A DNA stretch of 33,654 nt from Limnochordia bacterium (GTDB taxonomy: Bacteria > Bacillota > Limnochordia > Darwinibacteriales > DTU012). The translations under genes were made by a program, and so were the position numbers. The stretch is from the NCBI GenBank assembly GCA_007116995.1, contig SKHL01000180.1, positions 1-33,654 on the forward strand. The letters run 5' to 3'. A model generated the notes under the pieces. It did no database searches. It saw nothing but the letters and a program-made list of their open reading frames with translations, and was not told where the DNA came from. Shown here one piece after another: positions 26,324 to 33,654 of this stretch. Position 1 is the first letter of the stretch; each line of letters begins with the position of its first letter.

Positions 26324-27013
26324 ATGTTTGCTAGATTAATCAGTGATATTCGTGCGGTGAAAGAGCGGGATCCTGCAGTGCATAGCATGTTAGAGGTGTT
26401 TTTAACCTATCCCGGATTTCATGCATTACAGATGCATAGAGTAGCACATTTTTTGTTTCGTTACAAGTTTTATCTAATTGCGCGCATACTTAGTCATATT
26501 ACTCGCTTTTTTACGGGCATTGAGATTCATCCGGGTGCACAGATAGGTACTGGGGTATTTATTGATCATGGTATGGGTGTAGTAATCGGTGAAACGGCGA
26601 TAGTTAAAGATAACGTTACATTATACCAAGGGGTAGTCCTAGGTGGAACCGGGAAGGAAAAAGGGAAACGGCATCCAACCATTGAAGAAGGAGCTTTAAT
26701 AGCTAGTGGTGCCAAAGTTTTAGGATCCTTTACTGTAGGGAAGGGTGCTCGAATTGGGGCTGGTGCTGTCGTGCTACGTAGTGTGCCGCCTGATTCTACC
26801 GTTGTGGGGGTGCCTGGACATGTAGTGGTGCTTAACGGTCAAAGAGTAAACCAGTTTGACCACCACCAATTGCCAGATCCTGTTACTTGTCATATTAATT
26901 GTTTGGAGGAAGAGATCCATCAACTTCAGGAACGGATGAAGAAATTGGAAAAGGCCCATGAGGACGATTCATGCTGTAGTAGCAAGGAAAAAAAGGATTT
27001 AAAGATAGTATAA
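26324..27013 (+). CDS. cysE: serine O-acetyltransferase, 229 aa
   Basis: N-terminus [11 protein letters not shown], a left-handed beta-helix hexapeptide region ([28 protein letters not shown]) and the T-box(Cys) leader upstream. Confidence 0.95.
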   Translation: MFARLISDIRAVKERDPAVHSMLEVFLTYPGFHALQMHRVAHFLFRYKFYLIARILSHITRFFTGIEIHPGAQIGTGVFIDHGMGVVIGETAIVKDNVTLYQGVVLGGTGKEKGKRHPTIEEGALIASGAKVLGSFTVGKGARIGAGAVVLRSVPPDSTVVGVPGHVVVLNGQRVNQFDHHQLPDPVTCHINCLEEEIHQLQERMKKLEKAHEDDSCCSSKEKKDLKIV

Positions 27014-27046
27014 AATGCCGTAATTGATGAAGAAGAGGTGAAAGCT

Positions 27047-28486
27047 ATGTCTATTCGAGTGTACAATACATTAACACGTAAGAAAGAGGAATTTACGGAA
27101 ACGGGCTCGACTATTAGCATTTACGTTTGTGGTGTAACGCCTTATGCCCATACACATTTAGGCCATGCTCGACCCAGTGTGGTTTGGGATGTGATTAAGA
27201 AGTTCCTGCGCTACCAGGAATATCAAGTTTTTCATGTGCAGAACTTCACCGATATTGATGATAAGATTATTGCAAAGGCAAATCAGGAGGGGAAGACGGC
27301 TCTCGAGGTATCTAACTATTATGCCAATGATTACTTAGAGAGTATGGATGCCCTTGGAGTGGAGAGGGCTGATTTATATCCAAAGGTCAGCGAACATGTG
27401 AATGAAGTGATTGAGATGATCGAAGCATTGATCGCCAACAAACATGCCTATGATGTGGATGGGAATGTATTTTTTGATGTGCTTAGTTTTCCTGGGTATG
27501 GAAAATTATCCAATCAACGGCTAGCAGAGCTACAGGCTGGAACCCGGTTTGAGGTGGATCCGCTTAAACGCAGTCCGATGGATTTTGCTCTCTGGAAGAA
27601 GTCCAAGCCTGGAGAACCTGCATGGGATAGCCCTTGGGGCCAGGGTAGACCAGGATGGCATATAGAGTGTTCAGCGATGTCCTATAAATACTTAGGTGCA
27701 GCATTTGATTTCCATGGCGGAGGGTCTGATCTAATCTTTCCACATCACGAGAATGAAATTGCTCAGTTTGAAGGGGCCACGTGCGAACCCTTAGCCCGTT
27801 ATTGGTTACATAATGGAATGTTGAACTTAAGAGAAGAGAAAATGTCCAAATCTCAGGGGAACTTTGTTACAATAAAGGATGTATTAGCAAAGTATCCTAA
27901 AGAACTATTCCGGTTCTATATCTTGTCTACGCATTATCGCTCTGAGCTAGAATATCATGATACTAAGTTAGAGGAAGTCAACCGTGGCTGGCAACGCATC
28001 AATGAATGTGCTCGCAAGCTGTCCGCTCGTGTTCAGGGGAAAACTGCAGAACCAGTCGAGGTTTCCGGTCAGGAAGAGCGGCTTGTCGCAGCGCTTGAAA
28101 AAGCGGAGGCGCAGTTTAGAGACTCCATGAACGATGATTTTAATACAGCATTAGCTATAGCGGCCATATTTGATCTACTGCGTGAGCTCAATGGTTATCT
28201 GGACAGAACCGATGATGGACCTGCCAGTATTTATGTTTTGTCTCAGGCATACCAGCTGTTACAAACCTTAGCAGGAGACATTCTAGGCATTTTGAAATCA
28301 GATGATCAGAATTTAGGACTGGGTCTAACAGAACCCTTAATGGAGTTGCTCTTAGATCTGCGCACCCAATTACGTACTGAAAAACAGTATCAATTAGCTG
28401 ATATAATGCGGAATCGTTTATTGGTGTTAGGAATCGTAATCGAAGATACACCCCAAGGATCACAATGGAAGATCAAAGATGAATGA
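27047..28486 (+). CDS. cysS: cysteinyl-tRNA synthetase, 479 aa
   Basis: ATG at 27047 lies 6 nt after AGAGGTG and gives MSIRVYNTLTRKKEEF. HIGH-type motif HLGHARP and a KMSKS motif are present. Confidence 0.95.
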   Translation: MSIRVYNTLTRKKEEFTETGSTISIYVCGVTPYAHTHLGHARPSVVWDVIKKFLRYQEYQVFHVQNFTDIDDKIIAKANQEGKTALEVSNYYANDYLESMDALGVERADLYPKVSEHVNEVIEMIEALIANKHAYDVDGNVFFDVLSFPGYGKLSNQRLAELQAGTRFEVDPLKRSPMDFALWKKSKPGEPAWDSPWGQGRPGWHIECSAMSYKYLGAAFDFHGGGSDLIFPHHENEIAQFEGATCEPLARYWLHNGMLNLREEKMSKSQGNFVTIKDVLAKYPKELFRFYILSTHYRSELEYHDTKLEEVNRGWQRINECARKLSARVQGKTAEPVEVSGQEERLVAALEKAEAQFRDSMNDDFNTALAIAAIFDLLRELNGYLDRTDDGPASIYVLSQAYQLLQTLAGDILGILKSDDQNLGLGLTEPLMELLLDLRTQLRTEKQYQLADIMRNRLLVLGIVIEDTPQGSQWKIKDE

Positions 28487-28877
28487 TACATTGATTACTG
28501 CTATCAGAGAGAAAGGTGAACCTAGGCTTCTCTCACCGCTAGTGTTAGCCTATGTGGGTGATGCAGTGTTTGAACTGTATATCCGGTTAGGATTAGTGCC
28601 AAGCACTTATAAAGTACAGGAGATGCACAAGCAAGCTGTTAGGTATGTACGATCCCAAAGCCAAGCGGATCTGCTTTCTAAATGGGAACCGCTCCTTACA
28701 GAGGAGGAGCAAGCTATTGTGCGGCGTGGACGCAACACGAAGAGTGCAGTGCCAAGAAATGCTGACATGATAGCGTATCGTAGAAGTACGGCCTTGGAAG
28801 CTTTAGTTGGCTACTTGTATCTATGTGGCAGGGAGGAACGGTTGTGGGAATTGTTGAGTATGATTGAGCATGATTAG
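28479..28877 (+). CDS. mrnC: mini-ribonuclease III, 132 aa
   Basis: LSPLVLAYVGDAVFELYIR is the RNase III-like catalytic signature. It overlaps the cysS end by 8 nt, the conserved position after cysS. Confidence 0.9.
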   Translation: MNDTLITAIREKGEPRLLSPLVLAYVGDAVFELYIRLGLVPSTYKVQEMHKQAVRYVRSQSQADLLSKWEPLLTEEEQAIVRRGRNTKSAVPRNADMIAYRRSTALEALVGYLYLCGREERLWELLSMIEHD

Positions 28878-28922
28878 CACTCGTCTTCCCCTTTGGGAGC
28901 GGGATCTATATGGAGGTTTGTG

Positions 28923-29531
28923 ATGAGGAAGGTATTAAATAATGGGTATATTAATCTAGTAGAGTCAATGGGTCACGATCAAGCGGCGATTCGTAATGCT
29001 CGCCGTTGTTGGCGCAGTGTATCCAAGGGTGATCAGGCTGATGCCAAACTAATCCGGCATTTACTAAAAGCCGGTCATAAATCACCGTTTGAAGCCATGG
29101 TTTTTACCTTTGATGTAAAGGCCCCATTATTTGTGGCTAGACAGTGGTTTCGGCACCGCATGGGTTCCTATAATGAGGAATCGTTACGTTATTGTATAGC
29201 TCTAAGAGATTACTATGTTCCAAACGACATATCCGATCAAGCGCTTCAGCTGTGGAAGAGCCACAACGAGCGGGCGTTTAATCTGTATGATCAATTGGTA
29301 GAGGGTGAAGGCTTGCCGAAAGAACAAGCTCGTAGTGTATTACCTGTGGGTATATACACGAAATTCTATTGGACGGTTAACGGTAGCGCACTAATGAATT
29401 TCTTGATGTTACGGTTAGATACTCATGCCCAAGCAGAAATTCGTGTCTATGCTGAACAAATCTTAGAGATCGTAACAGAGGTAGCACCAGTTTGCTTCAT
29501 GGAATTTTCATCAGAGGTGATTAAGGCATAA
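28923..29531 (+). CDS. thyX: FAD-dependent thymidylate synthase ThyX, 202 aa
   Basis: ATG at 28923 lies 6 nt after TGGAGG. ThyX motif RQWFRHRMGSYNEESLRY (RHRxxSxxxxSxR). Confidence 0.9.
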   Translation: MRKVLNNGYINLVESMGHDQAAIRNARRCWRSVSKGDQADAKLIRHLLKAGHKSPFEAMVFTFDVKAPLFVARQWFRHRMGSYNEESLRYCIALRDYYVPNDISDQALQLWKSHNERAFNLYDQLVEGEGLPKEQARSVLPVGIYTKFYWTVNGSALMNFLMLRLDTHAQAEIRVYAEQILEIVTEVAPVCFMEFSSEVIKA

Positions 29532-30247
29532 TGACTGAAATCGAAGGGCGTCAGCCTGTTTTGGAGTTATTCCGTTCCGGGGAGGCTATTAATAAACTGC
29601 TAGTAGCTAAAGGCGAACGACATGGATCCATTCACAAAATTCTACAATTAGCGAAACAAAATCAAGTGATTGTCCAGGAAGTAAATAAGGATGTATTAGA
29701 CCGAATTAGCCAAACCCAGGCACACCAAGGGGTGATTGCCTATATCAGCCCGGTTTCCTATATGGAGTTAGATGCGCTGTTATCGCAAAACTCAAAGCAC
29801 TTCTATCTGGTCTTGGATGGAATCCAGGATCCCCATAACTTTGGATCGTTATTACGCACTGCCGAGGCCTGTGGTGTGACAGGGGTAATTATTCCCAAAA
29901 GACGTGCGGTACCCGTAACGGCTGTGGTCGCGAAAGCATCAGCTGGTGCGGTTTCTCATGTGCCTATTTGTCGAGAGAATAATATTGTGACTGTAATAAA
30001 ACGGTTAAAAGAAAACGGCTGTTGGATTGCAGGAGCAGATATGGATGGACAAGCTTGTTACCAACAAGATCTTTCGGGTAACTTAGGCTTGGTGATTGGC
30101 AGCGAAGGGAAGGGGATTAGTCGTTTGGTTAAGGAACACTGTGATTATCTGATACGAATTCCCATGTGTGGAAAGGTCGGATCGCTAAACGCAGCTGTGG
30201 CTGGAGGCATATTATTGTATGAAATCATACGCCAACAGAATGCATAA
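29531..30247 (+). CDS. rlmB: TrmH/SpoU-family 23S rRNA 2'-O-methyltransferase (RlmB/YacO type), 238 aa
   Basis: SpoU motifs GIQDPHNFGSLLRTAEA, LVIGSEGKGIS and IPMCGKVGSLNAAVAGGILLYE. The start overlaps the thyX stop (TAATG). Confidence 0.9.
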   Translation: MTEIEGRQPVLELFRSGEAINKLLVAKGERHGSIHKILQLAKQNQVIVQEVNKDVLDRISQTQAHQGVIAYISPVSYMELDALLSQNSKHFYLVLDGIQDPHNFGSLLRTAEACGVTGVIIPKRRAVPVTAVVAKASAGAVSHVPICRENNIVTVIKRLKENGCWIAGADMDGQACYQQDLSGNLGLVIGSEGKGISRLVKEHCDYLIRIPMCGKVGSLNAAVAGGILLYEIIRQQNA

Positions 30248-30283
30248 TAATTAAAAGCCCTGTTAAGAGCCATTAGGAGGTGC

Positions 30284-30312
30284 TTGACGCTACCTAATCC
30301 ATAGTGTATAAT
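30284..30312 (+). promoter_or_regulatory. sigma-A type promoter for sigH
   Basis: TTGACG (30284-30289), 17-nt spacer, TATAAT (30307-30312). Confidence 0.6.
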
Positions 30313-30413
30313 GGGACTGTGCTGTTGGACAAGACGGCGTAACAGTGGGGCTTTCGGGCAAGACATCAGCTTGGAACCCTCTGGAACTGAATATCCAGAT
30401 GGAGGCGATGTAG

Positions 30414-31061
30414 GTGAATGCAAATGCACAAAATGATTATATAGCGGTATACGAGACCTTAACTGATGAAGAGGTCGTTGAATTTGCCCGTGATAGCAAT
30501 GATGTGGCCCTAGAATATTTAATTAATAAATATCGTAATTTTGTACGAGCTAAGGCTCGGTCCTACTTTCTTATTGGTGCAGATAGGGAAGATATCATCC
30601 AAGAAGGTATGATTGGCTTGTATAAGGCCATTCGTGATTTCCGCTCTGATAAATTAGCATCGTTTCGTGCTTTCGCTGAGTTGTGCATTACCCGTCAGAT
30701 TATTACCGCTATTAAGACGGCTACGCGTCAAAAGCATATTCCCCTAAATTCCTATGTTTCCTTAAATAAGCCTATATATGACGAGGAATCGGATCGAACG
30801 TTACTAGATATTATTTCTGGAACCAAGGTCACTGATCCTGAAGAGCTAGTAATCAGCCGTGAAGAGTTTGTAGATATTGAGAACAAGATGGGTGAGTTCT
30901 TAAGTGATCTAGAGTGGAAAGTTCTCATGTTTTACTTAGAAGGGAAGAGCTATCAAGAGATTGCTGATGATCTATGTCGTCATGTTAAATCCATTGATAA
31001 TGCGCTACAACGAGTAAAGCGTAAGTTGGAACGATATTTAGAAAAACGAGAAACAAATTAA
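30414..31061 (+). CDS. sigH: sporulation/stationary-phase sigma factor SigH, 215 aa
   Basis: GTG at 30414 lies 8 nt after GGAGG. Region 2 REDIIQEGMIGLYKAIRDFRSDKLASFRAFAELCITRQIITAIKTATRQKH is typical of Spo0H. Region 4 HTH KSYQEIADDL is present. Position after rlmB fits. Confidence 0.9.
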   Translation: MNANAQNDYIAVYETLTDEEVVEFARDSNDVALEYLINKYRNFVRAKARSYFLIGADREDIIQEGMIGLYKAIRDFRSDKLASFRAFAELCITRQIITAIKTATRQKHIPLNSYVSLNKPIYDEESDRTLLDIISGTKVTDPEELVISREEFVDIENKMGEFLSDLEWKVLMFYLEGKSYQEIADDLCRHVKSIDNALQRVKRKLERYLEKRETN

Positions 31062-31224
31062 GCTCGGTCCTCCTGTCGCCAAACATCCATGGGCGACACC
31101 ATCGAAACAATGAAAATCTGAAGTTTGGAGACATGGGTACGGGATACAGGTGACGTCTATTTTCTGGGTAAACTTCTAGTAATAATAACCAGCGAATTGG
31201 TGGCACATTTTTCCTGGTTCGCTA

Positions 31225-31253
31225 TTGACAACCCTAATCAGCCGTGGTATACT
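31225..31253 (+). promoter_or_regulatory. sigma-A type promoter for tRNA-Thr
   Basis: TTGACA (31225-31230), 17-nt spacer, TGgTATACT (TATACT at 31248-31253). Confidence 0.65.
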
Positions 31254-31268
31254 CGTAAATGTTCGTGA

Positions 31269-31344
31269 GCCGGTGTAGCTCAATTGGCAGAGCAGCTGAC
31301 TTGTAATCAGCAGGTTGCGGGTTCAAATCCCATCGCCGGCTCCA
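31269..31344 (+). tRNA. tRNA-Thr (anticodon UGU)
   Basis: Acceptor GCCGGTG/CGCCGGC (one U-G), D arm GCTC-AATTGGCA-GAGC, anticodon arm GCTGA-CTTGTAA-TCAGC, T arm GCGGG-TTCAAAT-CCCAT (contains a C-A mismatch), discriminator T, encoded CCA. Confidence 0.85.
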
Positions 31345-31354
31345 GAATAATTAG

Positions 31355-31383
31355 TTGACAAACTTGCAATAAGTTGATAAACT
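31355..31383 (+). promoter_or_regulatory. sigma-A type promoter for tRNA-Tyr/tRNA-fMet
   Basis: TTGACA (31355-31360), 17-nt spacer, TGaTAAACT (TAAACT at 31378-31383). Confidence 0.6.
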
Positions 31384-31407
31384 AATGAGTGCGCTTTAAT
31401 TTAATAT

Positions 31408-31493
31408 GGAGGGATTCCCGAGTTGGCCAAAGGGGGCAGACTGTAAATCTGCTAGCGACGCTTTCAGAGGTTCGAATCCTCTTCCCTCCACCA
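31408..31493 (+). tRNA. tRNA-Tyr (anticodon GUA), type II with long variable arm
   Basis: Acceptor GGAGGGA/TCCCTCC, anticodon arm GCAGA-CTGTAAA-TCTGC, variable arm with an AGCG/CGCT stem, T arm AGAGG-TTCGAAT-CCTCT, discriminator A, encoded CCA. Confidence 0.9.
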
Positions 31494-31498
31494 ACTAT

Positions 31499-31575
<77 letters not shown>

Positions 31576-31592
31576 AATTTAGAGTAGAAATG

Positions 31593-31617
31593 ACCGATGT
31601 AGACATCGGTTTTTTTG
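31593..31617 (+). terminator. rho-independent terminator after the tRNA cluster
   Basis: ACCGATG (31593-31599) / CATCGGT (31604-31610), then TTTTTTT. Confidence 0.8.
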
Positions 31618-31681
31618 TAGCATCAGAAAACAGGAGTTTTTACCTCAGGACCATCTACCAAAAGTATTTTAGGGCTATTAA

Positions 31682-31711
31682 AGACCTCCAGGTTATGAAC
31701 CGTGGAGGTCT
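31682..31711. terminator. hairpin overlapping the 3' end of the minus-strand polyferredoxin gene (second, possibly bidirectional terminator)
   Basis: AGACCTCCA (31682-31690) / TGGAGGTCT (31703-31711), followed on + by ACTTTTTGG. The minus-strand stop codon (31693-31695) lies in the loop. Confidence 0.55.
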
Positions 31712-32568
31712 ACTTTTTGGAGAGAGCGTTTTGAGGGTATGATGTTGCACGAGGCAAGGCATTCGCCGCAAACAAAACACTCTTTTTTATCAATCGTTCC
31801 CTTGGTGATGGCCTGTGCTCCACACTGGCTACTACATTGATTACAGTGGAGACAGTCTTTGGGTATTATTGTTCGTTTGTTAATTAAGGATACACATCCT
31901 AGATATGCTCCAAGCGGGCATAGAAACTGACAGAAGGGCCGGTAGATAAAAACTGAACTGAGAGTAATAGCTATTGTGGCCATCACTGGTATAAGATTCC
32001 ATTGCAAACGAAACAGTGGGCTAAAAGGTGCTAGGTTGATCCCGAAGATAGATTCTGTAGCTAGCACTCGGATAACAAGGTAGACCAGTACAAAGTACTT
32101 ACCGACCTGCAGTGTTTTAAGAAAACGTTGTGAGATTGGGATTCTCCACTTTCTTATGTGAAGAAACTCCTGCATAGCTCCAAAGGGGCAAATATAACCA
32201 CAGAAGACACGTCCCAGAGCGATAGCCAAGAAAGTAGGGACAAGAAACAATACTAGGTAAGCACTATCGTATTTCATTATAAGATTCTGGACAGCAGCAA
32301 TCGGACATAAGAAGCCACCGATATAGAATCCTATAATACCTACACTCGCAACCAACATAACCTTGCGTAAATGCCGTGCTTTCGTCGCTATTACAATACT
32401 AGCTAATGTAAATGCAATCAAGATAATCAGTTTTTCTAGTGTGTCGTGGATGAAATAAGGTTCTTCGATAGCTAATACGTCCGTAAACCCTGCATTTCCA
32501 AATCCGTCTTCGTTAGAGAAATCCTCTTCAAATCCAAAACCCAGGACTGTTATTGAGATTAATAGCAT
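31693..32568 (-). CDS. NapH/MauN-type integral-membrane polyferredoxin (two CX3CP motifs plus a C-terminal 2x[4Fe-4S] ferredoxin domain), at least 291 aa
   Basis: CGYICPFG and CQFLCPLG motifs lie between hydrophobic helices. The C-terminus carries CLHCNQCSSQC and CFVCGECLASC (CX2CX2CX3C twice). The N-terminus is uncertain (see the finding on a possible ATA start at 32607). Confidence 0.75.
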   Translation of the reverse strand: MLLISITVLGFGFEEDFSNEDGFGNAGFTDVLAIEEPYFIHDTLEKLIILIAFTLASIVIATKARHLRKVMLVASVGIIGFYIGGFLCPIAAVQNLIMKYDSAYLVLFLVPTFLAIALGRVFCGYICPFGAMQEFLHIRKWRIPISQRFLKTLQVGKYFVLVYLVIRVLATESIFGINLAPFSPLFRLQWNLIPVMATIAITLSSVFIYRPFCQFLCPLGAYLGCVSLINKRTIIPKDCLHCNQCSSQCGAQAITKGTIDKKECFVCGECLASCNIIPSKRSLQKVDLHGS

Positions 32569-32627
32569 GCCAGTAACGGTAAGTGTAATCAGTCGATGAA
32601 GGTTTATGTGATCATCTCCCTAACGTG

Positions 32628-33257
32628 CTAGAATCTGTAATAGAAGTCAGGACCGACAATTAATATTGCTTTCTTAGCATCGTCCTTTTGCCGGTAATAT
32701 ACAGCTATTTCTGTATTGACGTTGTTTGTAACTGGGACGGCGACAGGAACATTAATTGATAATTCAGAGTTGATCAGGTCCTGACCCACGATGGTAAAGG
32801 TGGATTTGATAAAATCTGGTTCATCTGGTGTAGTATACGGATACTTGCCATTGAACGCTGTATCCCATATGGTTCCTCCTGCAAGAACCTGTATGGGCAG
32901 GACCAGCTCATCGTAGCCCTCTCTGGAGCAATCCTTGAAGATCATGAAATGCCCAGCTCCTATATTAGATAAACTGACCTGAAAGGATCGTTCGTATAGA
33001 TCCTTACTTACTTCTTTCCACGGGGTAGTAGCCAGTACCTGAACATTTTCCCAGCCAAACTGCATACCATCAATTCCGCCCTCTAACGTACAGTCATTAT
33101 GGTCGATTAGTACCCGAACTGCCACAGTACCAGTAGTGCCTAGAGTTGCCTCGATTCTTTGATGATTGAAGATAAACGTGCAAGCTTGCACTGAAGGGGT
33201 GGTAAACAAAGTGAAGCTGGTCACAAGAATAATTAGCAGTAGTAAACGTGAGCCCAT
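32628..33257 (-). CDS. secreted protein of unknown function, 209 aa
   Basis: ATG at 33257 lies 5 nt after GGAGGAGGAA. Signal peptide MGSRLLLLIILVTSFTLFTTPSVQA, then a mature protein beginning CTF and carrying three Cys. The composition looks beta-rich. I recognise no family. Confidence 0.65.
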   Translation of the reverse strand: MGSRLLLLIILVTSFTLFTTPSVQACTFIFNHQRIEATLGTTGTVAVRVLIDHNDCTLEGGIDGMQFGWENVQVLATTPWKEVSKDLYERSFQVSLSNIGAGHFMIFKDCSREGYDELVLPIQVLAGGTIWDTAFNGKYPYTTPDEPDFIKSTFTIVGQDLINSELSINVPVAVPVTNNVNTEIAVYYRQKDDAKKAILIVGPDFYYRF

Positions 33258-33259
33258 TG

Positions 33260-33654
33260 TTATTCCTCCTCTGCTGTCACACATGCATCGTCCAAAGGCA
33301 CGCTGGTGAACTCCTCAAATCCGTCATATCCTTCTTCAGTTCCAAAAGCGCTAGTTTCCTGAAATTCATCTGTAATCGCTTGGCGATTCATTCTATTCCG
33401 ACCAGCCCACAAGGGGCTTCCTAGTTCTGTGCGGAATTGATAGGTTACGGTAGCAGTAATAGAGACTACAGCAACATCGTCTTCATACAGATAACCGTAG
33501 ACTACAGCCGACTGCCCTTCCTGCAGCGAGAACCCGATTCCTTCCTGGTAGGAATGATCGCCAAAGTGAATCTCATACAGCCCACAGTCTGTTTTCAATA
33601 ACCATTCATGATCGTCGAGTTGTAGAGTGCCTGAAAGAGTGGTCAACCGGCCAA
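33260..33654 (-). CDS. hypothetical protein with acidic C-terminal tail; the 5' end may lie beyond the window
   Basis: The frame is open to the window edge (the TTG at 33646 is only the first in-window start). Sequence: GTLQLDDHEWLLKTDCGLYEIHFGDHSY...VVYGYLYEDD, then an acidic tail. The stop TAA (33260-33262) sits immediately downstream of the next gene's SD (GGAGGAGGAA), 2 nt before its ATG. Confidence 0.5.
   Translation of the reverse strand, partial: GRLTTLSGTLQLDDHEWLLKTDCGLYEIHFGDHSYQEGIGFSLQEGQSAVVYGYLYEDDVAVVSITATVTYQFRTELGSPLWAGRNRMNRQAITDEFQETSAFGTEEGYDGFEEFTSVPLDDACVTAEEE

Noticed and set aside
31062-31268. Searched the sigH-to-tRNA spacer for the small ribosomal protein gene rpmG (L33) or another small ORF or sRNA.
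   Set aside because: Only 6-10 codon ORFs without SD are present. One 7-bp hairpin (TGTCGCC/GGCGACA) has no U tract. Nothing is supportable.
32628-33257. Flavinylation-type motif (Dxx[ST]G[AS][ST]) in the secreted protein, which would link it to ApbE/NapH-like systems.
   Set aside because: The closest strings (LGTTGTV, NIGAGH) do not fit the motif, and no ApbE gene is in the window. I kept this only as something to test.

Overview
This 33.7-kb chromosomal window looks like it comes from an anaerobic, endospore-forming Firmicute. The gene content is Clostridia/Peptococcaceae-like (spoIIE, spmAB, sigH, membrane pyrophosphatase, thyX, selenocysteine machinery), but the taxon is inference only.

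Most of the window is a conserved + strand housekeeping and sporulation backbone: hppA (3' end), tRNA-Met, spoIIE, tilS, ftsH, folB, then ctsR-mcsA-mcsB-clpC, radA, disA, a carD-like gene, yacL, a fused ispDF, then T-box(Cys)-cysE-cysS-mrnC-thyX-rlmB, sigH and tRNA-Thr/Tyr/fMet.

An 8.3-kb minus-strand block (6598-14866) interrupts this backbone. It carries an HtrA-type protease, selB, selA, a Na/Pi-cotransporter-PhoU protein, a 48-aa ORF, spmB, spmA and an aldo/keto-reductase remnant. It also contains a + strand tRNA-Sec (selC) that the ORF track cannot show.

Several ORF-track starts are too long. I re-called them from SD spacing and N-terminal conservation for spoIIE, ftsH, htrA, spmA, mcsA, radA, carD-like, yacL, ispDF, cysS and thyX. 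Many near-consensus sigma-A promoters and rho-independent terminators can be read directly.

I saw no CRISPR array, transposase, integrase, phage gene or recognisable defence gene. The least explained part is a minus-strand three-gene operon at the 3' edge (31693-33654): an acidic-tailed unknown protein, a secreted unknown protein and a NapH-type membrane polyferredoxin. It continues beyond the window and is my best candidate for an uncharacterised system.

All functional calls rest on motif and family recognition by eye. No alignments, covariance models or database searches were run.
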